In this document: in pieces, positions 19,472 to 28,129 of the stretch
Position numbering within the stretch: position 1 is the first letter of the stretch
Layout of the letters: each line of letters begins with the position of its first letter
Assembly: GCA_902462015.1 (NCBI GenBank)
Contig: CABPZV010000001.1
Location: 1 to 53,440, forward strand
DNA length: 53,440 nucleotides
Direction: 5' to 3'
From: an uncultured Eubacteriales bacterium
GTDB lineage: Bacteria > Bacillota > Clostridia > Oscillospirales > CAG-272
The notes under the pieces: model-generated
The model's database searches: none
What the model was told of the DNA's origin: nothing
The model's input: only the letters and a program-made list of their open reading frames with translations
Position numbers and translations under genes: made by a program

Positions 19472-21175
19472 TTATAACATTTTAATCAGAATTCCAATAA
19501 TAAAAATTACAAAGCATACAATAAAGGAAGGCGATGAAAACGCTGCCCAAATCAGCACGCGTGTACTTTCACTTCTGACATCACGCTTCGGGGTTGGCTC
19601 TCCGGACGTTCCTCTGTTGTAATAAAGCCTTTCAGCCTCAGCAAAGAAAAGCGTCAGAAAAAGAAAAGCCAGCGATATTACTACAAAAGCAAGAAGTATC
19701 CGATAGTCTGAGTTCATCAGACTGACTATGTATCTTTCGGTAAAAACGTCGAGCAGTCTGTAAACTACGCTTGTAATCATTGACGCTATTACCGAGCCGG
19801 TCATAACGGAAACGTAAACAAGAATCATTCCTATTATAAAATATACAGGCATCCGGGTTAGGCTTGTCTGTATGAACGCATACAGGACTGAACTTATAAC
19901 CGCTGCACTCAAATATCCGAATTTGTCAGAAACATATTCGCCGAACACAACTGAACGGAAAATAAATTCTTCCGAAACAGCAGGTATCAGAACAAAGGTT
20001 ATAATCATATAAACAATATCAGATACTGAAGTGAAAGATGAAATGTTTACGTATGACGCGTATTCGGCAAATCCACTGTCATAAATTCCTAATTTAATAT
20101 AAAGAAGTTTAAATGAAGCAGATATGAAAAGCAGTAAAAATGCGGTAAGAACAGTAAAATAAAGTTTGTCCGGATTAATTCCTACCAGACGAAGGTTAGA
20201 TATATCATTTCCGCGGCGAAGCTTACAATAAAAAATTGCAGGAATTAATAAAATTATTATCTGAAGTACGGCAAGTGATAGATATATATTATCCCGGCGT
20301 TCAAGCGAAGAAATGCTTAACTTTGACATTACAATCAGCAGGGCCGATATAACTGCGACAAGTGCAGGCGCATACATACACGCTTTTGATACTATAACCG
20401 GCTTTACTATGACCTCGGCCTCTATTTCACCTGCTTCGTTCTGACCGGGCTCGGTATCAGGTTCAGTTTTTTCTTTATTGTCGACTGTCCATCCGAAATT
20501 GAAAAGCTGAGATATTTTTTTTTCTTCTGTCGTGTTATTATCTTCGTCTGTATCTAAAGATTCGGGATTCTGTACAGTTTCAATCTTCTGATTTTGACCG
20601 CCTTCTCCGTTTTCTTCGTCCTTTTCAGACTCCAATACGGCTTTGTCGAAGACAACGCCGGTTTGCGTTCCGTTTTCATCTACATCTGACAGATCCGAGC
20701 CTGCTTTTTTATCAGGCGCATCACTTTTAGAAACATCGACTGAAGCTTCCTGCTGAATATTTTTCAAAGCCGCTGAGTATCTTAAAATCAGCGGTACCTC
20801 ATCCTGTTTTTTTTCTTCTTCTATTTTTACGTGTAAATCAGAATTTCGTTGCGACTTATTTTCCCGCTGTGCAATTTTTTTGTCTACCTCGGCAAGCTTT
20901 GTTTTTACAAATAAATCTATCGTTTCGCTTTTTTCAGCCGTCACTCTTTCAAGAGTTTCGGCCATATTCCTGCGAAGCAGTTCCGCATGTTCCGAAGAAG
21001 TATTATCCGATTCTTTTTCAAGCTTTGAATCTGTGTTTGCAGATATTGACGTGCTGTCCGTCTTCGGCTTTGCCGAAAACTCCAGATTTTCATGCTCTTT
21101 CAGCGTTAAAGCTTGTCCAGATTCGTTATTTTCTTTAGATTTAATACCGAATTTTTTAATACGGTCGCTTAACAT
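19472..21175 (-). CDS. CPBP-like (CAAX protease family) membrane protein with a long acidic N-terminal domain
   Basis: A multi-TM C-terminal half carries the EExxxR motif (SEEFIFRSVVF). No His occurs anywhere in the membrane domain. The N-terminal region of about 280 aa is Glu/Asp/Lys-rich. Confidence 0.65.
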   Translation of the reverse strand: MLSDRIKKFGIKSKENNESGQALTLKEHENLEFSAKPKTDSTSISANTDSKLEKESDNTSSEHAELLRRNMAETLERVTAEKSETIDLFVKTKLAEVDKKIAQRENKSQRNSDLHVKIEEEKKQDEVPLILRYSAALKNIQQEASVDVSKSDAPDKKAGSDLSDVDENGTQTGVVFDKAVLESEKDEENGEGGQNQKIETVQNPESLDTDEDNNTTEEKKISQLFNFGWTVDNKEKTEPDTEPGQNEAGEIEAEVIVKPVIVSKACMYAPALVAVISALLIVMSKLSISSLERRDNIYLSLAVLQIIILLIPAIFYCKLRRGNDISNLRLVGINPDKLYFTVLTAFLLLFISASFKLLYIKLGIYDSGFAEYASYVNISSFTSVSDIVYMIITFVLIPAVSEEFIFRSVVFGEYVSDKFGYLSAAVISSVLYAFIQTSLTRMPVYFIIGMILVYVSVMTGSVIASMITSVVYRLLDVFTERYIVSLMNSDYRILLAFVVISLAFLFLTLFFAEAERLYYNRGTSGEPTPKRDVRSESTRVLIWAAFSSPSFIVCFVIFIIGILIKML

Positions 21176-21188
21176 TATAAATCCTCAA

Positions 21189-21782
21189 TTATTTAGTGTT
21201 AATTGCTGTAATTCCCTTTTCCGTAATCAAAACGTCTGCTGACAAATCATATTTTCCGCGCGGAACTTTATCGATAATAAAATCATTATAAGCAATACCT
21301 ATCTTTGTTCCTGAAAAAGAGGGAAGATATCTGTCATAAAAACCCTTTCCATAGCCGATACGGAACCCCTCCTTGTCATAAACTATGGCCGGGATAACAC
21401 ACACTGCAGGCCTTGAATCCAATTCCGGATCGTATGCCGGAAGTGTATCAGGCGGTTCTGACATTCCGAAAGCTCCGTTCTGATTAAGGCCATCGAGTGA
21501 ATTGATAAAATGAAACTGCATACTGCGGTCTTCTTTTCTGCATTTTGGAAGAGCTACCTTTTTTCCCTCGCTCAGCGCCTGCACAATTACACTTTTTATA
21601 TCAACTTCGTCTTTACACGGATAATACATTAAAATAATATCTGAGTACCGGTAGGACGCAAGGGAAAGTAAAAATGAACAAATTTTATCATCACGCTCTT
21701 TTTTTATGTCAGCAGGAAGCATACGGCGTCTGTTTATATATCTTTCACGCAACCTGCATTTTTTTGCTCTGAGTTCATACAT
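21189..21782 (-). CDS. 5-formyltetrahydrofolate cyclo-ligase
   Basis: GYGKGFYDRYL motif and family-typical length. Start moved to M14 (ATG at 21782) so that it no longer overlaps the upstream DJ-1 gene. Confidence 0.8.
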   Translation of the reverse strand: MYELRAKKCRLRERYINRRRMLPADIKKERDDKICSFLLSLASYRYSDIILMYYPCKDEVDIKSVIVQALSEGKKVALPKCRKEDRSMQFHFINSLDGLNQNGAFGMSEPPDTLPAYDPELDSRPAVCVIPAIVYDKEGFRIGYGKGFYDRYLPSFSGTKIGIAYNDFIIDKVPRGKYDLSADVLITEKGITAINTK

Positions 21783-21786
21783 ATTT

Positions 21787-22341
21787 TTAAAAATCCCCGC
21801 GAGCGTGTATTGCCGCCGCAATTTTATCAGCGCTGTCTCTTCCGCGAAGCGCGCACACTAATTCAAGTCCAAATTCGACCGACGCACCCATACCTATAGC
21901 AGTAATGACATTTCCATCCCGTACTATATCTTTCCCTGATATTATCGCTCCTTTTAAAGAGCTTTCATATCCCGGATAACATGTTGCATGCTTTCCGTTA
22001 AGGAGCCCAAGCTCTCCAAGAATAAACGGCGCGGCGCAGATTGCAGCGATTTTGCCGCCTGCAGCGGCGTTTTTGCACAAAAGAGAAGCAAGTCGCTTAT
22101 CTTTAGACAGATTCATAGCTCCCGGCATTCCCCCCGGAAGCATGAGCATTTCGGGAAGTTCATCAATTTTAAGCTGTTCAAAACTCATATCTGCCTTTAC
22201 CGTAATATTATGAGAACCGGTCACATATTCTCCGTCAGGCACAGACACGGTCAAAACGTCAATTCCTGCGCGCCGCATAATATCTGTCGGGCAAAGAGCC
22301 TCAATTTCTTCAAATCCATCCGCTAAAAATACATATACCAT
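21787..22341 (-). CDS. DJ-1/PfpI family protein
   Basis: 184 aa with nucleophile-elbow Cys in AAICAAP. Confidence 0.85.
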   Translation of the reverse strand: MVYVFLADGFEEIEALCPTDIMRRAGIDVLTVSVPDGEYVTGSHNITVKADMSFEQLKIDELPEMLMLPGGMPGAMNLSKDKRLASLLCKNAAAGGKIAAICAAPFILGELGLLNGKHATCYPGYESSLKGAIISGKDIVRDGNVITAIGMGASVEFGLELVCALRGRDSADKIAAAIHARGDF

Positions 22342-22400
22342 TTTGAAGTAAGTCCTTTTCTTTTCGGAGCTGGATTTTTACAACTCCAGCACACAAACAT

Positions 22401-23072
22401 TTATTTTAAATCCAATTCATCTATATGAAGAAAAGCATTTGCAGCGATAGGGTCGCCAATTTTTACTGCCGTGCTTGCCTGACAGGTATCACAGTATATC
22501 AATACTGTATCATGCTCACGCCCGACAAGATCAAATTTATAGGTGCGCGAGGTTCCATCCGGACAATTGCAACGAATTTTATTCTCCTCTTCAAGCTCGG
22601 TCAGAATAAAATTTATAATGTCAAACGTCTGAATATCATCTTCGCGCGAGATACCCTCATCCGTTGTTTCTTCTCCTCTAAGTGTCTGAAGACTTTCAGC
22701 TCCTGCCTTTTCAAGAATCTCTGCCAGAATCTCTCCGGACTTCTCCAAGGCAGCGCGGACAGCGTCTTCTTTACCGATAAAGCATATATCCAGCCCGGTG
22801 TACTGGCACGCCAAAGCAAAGACATCCTTATCATAAAAAGAATTTTCACTCAGTACAAAGGTATGTGGCCTGGGGCATATCGTACAAGGCACGGACAGAC
22901 GTATCTTGCTGTCTTTGGAATAGGTTATTGTCATCTCGCTCTTATGACAGGCAGGGCATTTTAGTTTGAAATGATCTCCGCTGAGTGAAAACACCCCGAC
23001 AATACTCATAACGGCGGTTCCGCATACCGGACAGCGATATGCAATTGTTGTCTGCTTGGGATTCAGTACCAT
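22401..23072 (-). CDS. hypothetical Cys-rich (multiple CxxC, zinc-ribbon-like) protein
   Basis: 223-aa ORF with CPVC, CPAC, CTIC, CNC and CDTC pairs and an acidic central linker. No family recognised. Confidence 0.6.
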   Translation of the reverse strand: MVLNPKQTTIAYRCPVCGTAVMSIVGVFSLSGDHFKLKCPACHKSEMTITYSKDSKIRLSVPCTICPRPHTFVLSENSFYDKDVFALACQYTGLDICFIGKEDAVRAALEKSGEILAEILEKAGAESLQTLRGEETTDEGISREDDIQTFDIINFILTELEEENKIRCNCPDGTSRTYKFDLVGREHDTVLIYCDTCQASTAVKIGDPIAANAFLHIDELDLK

Positions 23073-23213
23073 TTTCCTGAAATTCCGTTCCTTTCGTTTG
23101 TTGATGTCCGGCGTGTAACTAAAAGCAAGATATTCCCTGCCTGATAAAGACGGCGGGTGCCGCTTACTTTTTTACGGTGGGTGGTACGATCGACCACTGA
23201 AACGTTGAATGAT

Positions 23214-23233
23214 GGGCTCTCGGCCTTATTGAA
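23214..23233 (-). repeat. solo fragment resembling the TTCAATAAGG end box of the R repeat
   Basis: Minus strand TTCAATAAGGCCGAGAGCCC lies immediately after the stop of the 23237..24085 gene. Compare TTCAATAAGGGCTGAAAGCCC in the extra module of R4. Confidence 0.4.
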
Positions 23234-23236
23234 GCC

Positions 23237-24085
23237 TTATTCTGCTGCGGTGTATACAGCAGTCTCAGATTCCTCTTCCTTCACGTTTACTCTATTGGTT
23301 CCAACAGCATTTTCGACTTTTGTTAAACCGTTGGCCGGGACGCCGGTATAAGCTTCCGTATTGCTTATTTTATGCGTTTCAAGCGAAGATAATTCATTAT
23401 AAATAACAATCTCTCTCCACGGGGCTAATTCACCGTCACCGTTTCCGATTATTTGCACTTCCCCCGGCGTTATATCGCGTGCCCGGAAAATTGCAAGAGA
23501 CAATCCGCCGACAGAATCGGTTGGTACATCGTCAAAAATGAGTCTTCTAAAGCTGTGAAGAGCGCTTGAATCGCTTATATAGCTGTAGCTGTCATACACA
23601 TTTCCCTCGCTGTCGTATAGAATATAGATAAACGGCTCCGCGCTGTAAATACCGTATTTATCCTCGACAGTTTCCGTCGCTTCGCTTTCCGCCGTTTCAT
23701 CTCCGGCATATTCAGATTCAAGATAGCGAAGCGTGCTGTTGTTGTAGCTTATTGTAATCTGCCACTGATTTGCAGACGGTATGGCAATAACACTGTCTGC
23801 AAAGAAATATCCGTCCTCCGTATAATAAGACTGTATCTTACAGTCATACGCAGAAAAACTGTCCTCACTGTTTTCATATGCCTGTATAGTACGGTCAGTC
23901 CATATCAGCCTTTTCAGCTCTTCCGGAGTACGCTGCTCACACATTCTGAGAGCGAATGCTGCGAGCATCAGAATTATGCATGCAAGAACCAGCCATTTTA
24001 AAAACTTACCTAAAAAAACTAAAAGCTTCGGAGGCTTTTTATATTCTTCTATATCATCAAGTTCATTAACCTTTTTATTTTTCAT
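23237..24085 (-). CDS. hypothetical single-pass membrane protein
   Basis: Start moved to M52 of the track ORF (MKNKKVNELDD...), followed by a TM segment WLVLACIILMLAAFAL and a Tyr/Ser/Asp-rich extracytoplasmic domain. No family recognised. Confidence 0.6.
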   Translation of the reverse strand: MKNKKVNELDDIEEYKKPPKLLVFLGKFLKWLVLACIILMLAAFALRMCEQRTPEELKRLIWTDRTIQAYENSEDSFSAYDCKIQSYYTEDGYFFADSVIAIPSANQWQITISYNNSTLRYLESEYAGDETAESEATETVEDKYGIYSAEPFIYILYDSEGNVYDSYSYISDSSALHSFRRLIFDDVPTDSVGGLSLAIFRARDITPGEVQIIGNGDGELAPWREIVIYNELSSLETHKISNTEAYTGVPANGLTKVENAVGTNRVNVKEEESETAVYTAAE

Positions 24086-24298
24086 TTTAATATCCACTCT
24101 TTCAAATCCGGACTGCCGGCGCGACGCAAAAAATTCGATGAACTGTATATTTTCTAAGATTAGAATAAGCTGCAGGAAAAGCTGTGTACTTTTAATATAA
24201 CTAAATGAAAATGTCCCGTCTGTCAGGACGGTGTTCATTTATTATATCACAATAAAATGCCATATTCAAGTTATTAAATCAAAATTAATAGGTTCTTC

Positions 24299-24327
24299 TT
24301 GAAAAATTATCCTCTGTGTGATATAAT
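24299..24327 (+). promoter_or_regulatory. sigma-A type promoter (TTGAAA-17-TATAAT, TG-extended) of the aminotransferase-trpS unit
   Basis: -35 at 24299-24304, 17-nt spacer ending in TGA, and -10 at 24322-24327. Confidence 0.6.
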
Positions 24328-24436
24328 AGTAAAAATCATATGGTTTACTGTCGTTAAGTTTGTTTTAATATTTGATTTTATGTTATTAGAAACCTTCGAG
24401 AAACATGCATCAGCTTAGAAAGGAATGTTCTCTGTA

Positions 24437-25624
24437 ATGAACTACACTTTTTCCAATAAACTTGCAAATTTGAAGCCTTCGGCCATAAGGGAAATATTCA
24501 AGAGCCTAACTGATCCTGAAATTATTGCTTTCGCTGCCGGAAATCCGTCTGCCGAATCTTTCCCGGTTGAATTTATAAAAAATGAAAGTGCGCGTATATT
24601 CAGAGAGGAACCGGTAACGGCACTTCAGTACGGAACGACCGAAGGATATCCTCCATTGCGCGAAGCGGTAGCACAGCGTCTTAAAAACCGGTTCGGGTGC
24701 GGAAAAGATTTTGACAGCACGGTAATTGTATCCGGAGGACAGCAGGGAATAGAGCTGACCTGCAAAGCCTTCTGCAATGAAGGCGATGTGGTAATATGTG
24801 AAAACCCGAGCTTTATCGGAGCTCTCAATGCTTTTCGGTCAAACGGGGTCAGACCGGCCGGCGTACGGGTAGAACAGGACGGTATTGGCATAGATGAGCT
24901 TAACCGGGTAATCTCATCCGAACCTAATGCAAAGCTTTTATATCTTATTCCTACCTTTCAAAATCCGTCCGGCATCACTATGTCGGCCGAAAAGCGCCGT
25001 ATTGTCTATGATATTGCAAAAAAACATAATTTGATTATAATAGAAGACAATCCATACGGTGAGCTTCGTTTTTCTGGAGAAGAAATTCCTACAATCAAAA
25101 GTATTGACGATGATGGAATTGTAGTTTACTGCGGATCCTTTTCAAAAATTCTCTCCGCCGGAATTCGGGTCGGTTTTGTACAGGCGCATTCGGATATTAT
25201 CTCTAAAATTGTAGTGGCAAAGCAGGTTGAGGATGTTCACACAAATATGTTTGCACAGCTTATATGCAACAGCTTTATGCAGAACTTTGATATGGACGGG
25301 CATATTTCGGGTGTGAGAAAGCTGTACCGCGAGAAGTGCTCGCTTATGCTGAATACAATGGATTCGGAAATGCCGGAGGAAGTAACCTACACTCGTCCGG
25401 AAGGCGGACTTTTTTTGTGGTGTACCTTTCCGGAGTCGGTATCTGTTCCTGAGCTTACCGAGAGGCTGCTCGATAAAAAGGTGGCGGTAGTTCCGGGAAC
25501 GGCATTTAACTGCGACACCGAAATGCCGACCGATTCTATAAGACTTAATTATTCTACTCCTTCATGCGAACAGATTGAACGCGGAATTAAAATTCTTGCT
25601 TCCGAAGTCCGCAAAATGCTTTGA
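24437..25624 (+). CDS. PLP-dependent aminotransferase (class I/II)
   Basis: KPSAIREIF, NPxG context (FQNPSGITM) and PLP-Lys context GSFSKILSAGIRVG. The second ATG was chosen for better Shine-Dalgarno spacing. Confidence 0.85.
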   Translation: MNYTFSNKLANLKPSAIREIFKSLTDPEIIAFAAGNPSAESFPVEFIKNESARIFREEPVTALQYGTTEGYPPLREAVAQRLKNRFGCGKDFDSTVIVSGGQQGIELTCKAFCNEGDVVICENPSFIGALNAFRSNGVRPAGVRVEQDGIGIDELNRVISSEPNAKLLYLIPTFQNPSGITMSAEKRRIVYDIAKKHNLIIIEDNPYGELRFSGEEIPTIKSIDDDGIVVYCGSFSKILSAGIRVGFVQAHSDIISKIVVAKQVEDVHTNMFAQLICNSFMQNFDMDGHISGVRKLYREKCSLMLNTMDSEMPEEVTYTRPEGGLFLWCTFPESVSVPELTERLLDKKVAVVPGTAFNCDTEMPTDSIRLNYSTPSCEQIERGIKILASEVRKML

Positions 25625-25673
25625 TTTCTGTAATCATGAGATTTAGCTGAAGTCAGAAAGGGTTTTATTACTA

Positions 25674-26687
25674 ATGAATGACGAAATAACAAAACAAGAG
25701 AAAAAAATAATTTTTTCCGGAATTCAGCCCAGCGGTATACTTACGCTCGGTAATTATCTCGGAGCGCTTAGGAATTGGGTTGCACTTCAGGATGAGTATA
25801 GCTGTATTTACTGTGTTGTAAATATGCATGCAATTACGGTACACCAGGTTCCTGCTGAGCTAAGAAAGCATACATATGAAGCTTTGGCTGTATACTTAGC
25901 CGCAGGAATTGATCCTCAGAAAAGCATTTTGTTTGTTCAGAGTCATGTACCGGCTCATGCGGAGCTCGGATGGGTCCTTGACTGCAATACTATGTTCGGG
26001 GAGCTCTCACGAATGACACAATTCAAGGATAAGAGTTCAAAGAACGGAAACAATATTAATGCGGGACTGTTTACTTATCCTTCTCTGATGGCCGCGGATA
26101 TACTTCTGTATCAGGCTTCGCTTGTTCCTGTCGGCCAGGATCAGAAACAGCACGTAGAGCTTGCGCGTGATGTTGCAGAGCGATTTAACAGAAATTACGG
26201 CGATACATTCACGGTTCCGGAGCCTTATATTCCCCAAACCGGCATGAGAATTATGTCACTCTGTGACCCGGCTAAAAAAATGAGTAAATCGGATTCAAAT
26301 CCAAATGCATATATTGCAATTCTTGACAGCCGTGATGATATTATAAGAAAGTTCAAACGTGCGGTTACCGATTCCGATGCGGTAGTTTGCTTCAGAGAAG
26401 GTAAAGAGGGAATAAACAATCTTATGAGTATTTACTCCTGCTTTACTGGAAAATCGTTTAAAGAGATCGAGCGGGATTTTGACGGCCGCGGATACGGTGA
26501 CTTTAAGCTTGCCGTCGGAGAGGTTGTTGCAGACGGGCTTGCATCTCTTCATGCTGAATATGACAGACTTATTGCTGATAAGGCTTATTTGGAACAAATT
26601 ATGAAAACCGGTGCTGAATCGGCTTCACGTATAGCTGTCAGAACAATGCGAAAGGTATATAAAAAAATAGGATTTGTTCAGCTGTGA
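25674..26687 (+). CDS. trpS: tryptophan--tRNA ligase
   Basis: 337 aa, class I signature region GIQPSGILTLGNYLG, and KMSKS. Confidence 0.93.
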   Translation: MNDEITKQEKKIIFSGIQPSGILTLGNYLGALRNWVALQDEYSCIYCVVNMHAITVHQVPAELRKHTYEALAVYLAAGIDPQKSILFVQSHVPAHAELGWVLDCNTMFGELSRMTQFKDKSSKNGNNINAGLFTYPSLMAADILLYQASLVPVGQDQKQHVELARDVAERFNRNYGDTFTVPEPYIPQTGMRIMSLCDPAKKMSKSDSNPNAYIAILDSRDDIIRKFKRAVTDSDAVVCFREGKEGINNLMSIYSCFTGKSFKEIERDFDGRGYGDFKLAVGEVVADGLASLHAEYDRLIADKAYLEQIMKTGAESASRIAVRTMRKVYKKIGFVQL

Positions 26688-26716
26688 AGCTGTTCACCCA
26701 AGTTAAGGTAAATTTT

Positions 26717-27985
26717 ATGAATATGTCAAATATTTTTCTATCGGTGCTCACCGCAGCGCTTTGTTCCGGACTTATATCTTTTTCTACGACTCCGATTGCA
26801 AGCTTCATTGCATATCGGATCGGCGCTGTTGACGTACCGAAAGACAGCCGTAGAATGCATAAAAAACCAATTCCCAGACTTGGAGGACTTGCCGTCTTTT
26901 TTGCATTTCTTGTAACCACTATTGTTTTCTGTGAAATGTCTCCAATGATATTATCTCTTATAGTCGGGGGACTATTAATTGTAGCTGTAGGAGTAATCGA
27001 CGATATATACGCTATTCCTCCGTATGCGAAATTTATAATTCAAATTATCGCCGCTATTTTCCCTATTATGCAGGGGATCACAATCGATTTCTTTTCGATC
27101 GGAGGCACATACTATAATTTAGGAATATGGTCAAAGCCGGTTACACTTGTCTGGATTGTCTTACTGACAAACGCAATAAATTTGATAGATGGTCTCGACG
27201 GGCTTTCCTGCGGAGTTTCTGCAATCTGTGCATTATCTCTTCTTTTAGTTACACTTGTTTTCGGAACGTCAAACACTACGGTTATACTTTGTGCTATTCT
27301 CGCCGGCGCCTGTCTGGGATTTCTTCCGTATAACTCCAATCCGGCAAAAATTTTTATTGGCGATACCGGAGCTCTTTTCTTGGGCTATACTATGTCGATT
27401 ATATCTATCGGCGGTGTTTTTAAAGTTCATGCAATGCTTTCGTTTATTATTCCCATGTCAATATTTGGGCTTCCTCTTTTCGATACAATTTTTGCAATCA
27501 TCCGCCGCATCCTGCACGGTCAGGCTCCGTGGCATGCAGACCGGGGGCATATTCATCACAAGCTTATTGATCTCGGCTTTAATCAAAAGCAGTCTGTCCA
27601 TATTCTTTATGCGGTAAGCGCTATACTTGGTCTTTCCGCAGTATTGTTTACGCGCGAGAATCTTCAGGGGATGCTTATAATCGTTTCTGTTAGTCTCTTT
27701 ATTCTCTTTATGAATTTATATCTGATTACTAATAAACAAGCAAATCACCAGGCAGGCTATGATACTGAATCATCTGTGAACAGTACGTCGGAAACCGGCA
27801 AGACCGCTGAATTCATCTGTCCTTACAGACAAAATTGTCCGGGTGTTATCTGTGAATCTGATAAAACATCAGGAGAGATACAAGAAGCGGAGAAAGAAGA
27901 AATCACTGAAATTTCCGCGGATACTGAGTCTCAAAATACGGATTCAGCCGAAACAAAAACTGATAAAAATATCTTGAATACCTAA
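26717..27985 (+). CDS. glycosyltransferase family 4 (MraY/WecA/TagO-like undecaprenyl-phosphate sugar-phosphate transferase)
   Basis: About 10 TM segments, with NAINLIDGLDGL and IGDTGALFLGY motifs. It has a non-conserved acidic C-terminal tail. The start is uncertain (ATG 26717 or 26723, track GTG 26684). Confidence 0.85.
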   Translation: MNMSNIFLSVLTAALCSGLISFSTTPIASFIAYRIGAVDVPKDSRRMHKKPIPRLGGLAVFFAFLVTTIVFCEMSPMILSLIVGGLLIVAVGVIDDIYAIPPYAKFIIQIIAAIFPIMQGITIDFFSIGGTYYNLGIWSKPVTLVWIVLLTNAINLIDGLDGLSCGVSAICALSLLLVTLVFGTSNTTVILCAILAGACLGFLPYNSNPAKIFIGDTGALFLGYTMSIISIGGVFKVHAMLSFIIPMSIFGLPLFDTIFAIIRRILHGQAPWHADRGHIHHKLIDLGFNQKQSVHILYAVSAILGLSAVLFTRENLQGMLIIVSVSLFILFMNLYLITNKQANHQAGYDTESSVNSTSETGKTAEFICPYRQNCPGVICESDKTSGEIQEAEKEEITEISADTESQNTDSAETKTDKNILNT

Positions 27986-28013
27986 TGCCGCTATTTACCA
28001 AAAAGAATTTCTA

Positions 28014-28042
28014 TTGACCTTGTGTACAAATAATAGTATAAT
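28014..28042 (+). promoter_or_regulatory. sigma-A type promoter (TTGACC-17-TATAAT) of the M23 peptidase gene
   Basis: -35 at 28014-28019, 17-nt spacer, and -10 at 28037-28042. Confidence 0.6.
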
Positions 28043-28129
28043 AGTAATACAGTTTTAATTTAGCTGATAATTTTTATTTAATATTTTATATAACTTATGC
28101 TGCCGCATAGCGGTGAAATGGAGATTTTT

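Noticed and set aside
25625-25673. T-box leader upstream of trpS, and likewise upstream of thrC at 9690..9838.
   Set aside because: The spacers are only about 50 and 150 nt. That is too short for a T-box, and they lack the conserved T-box sequence and a terminator/antiterminator pair.
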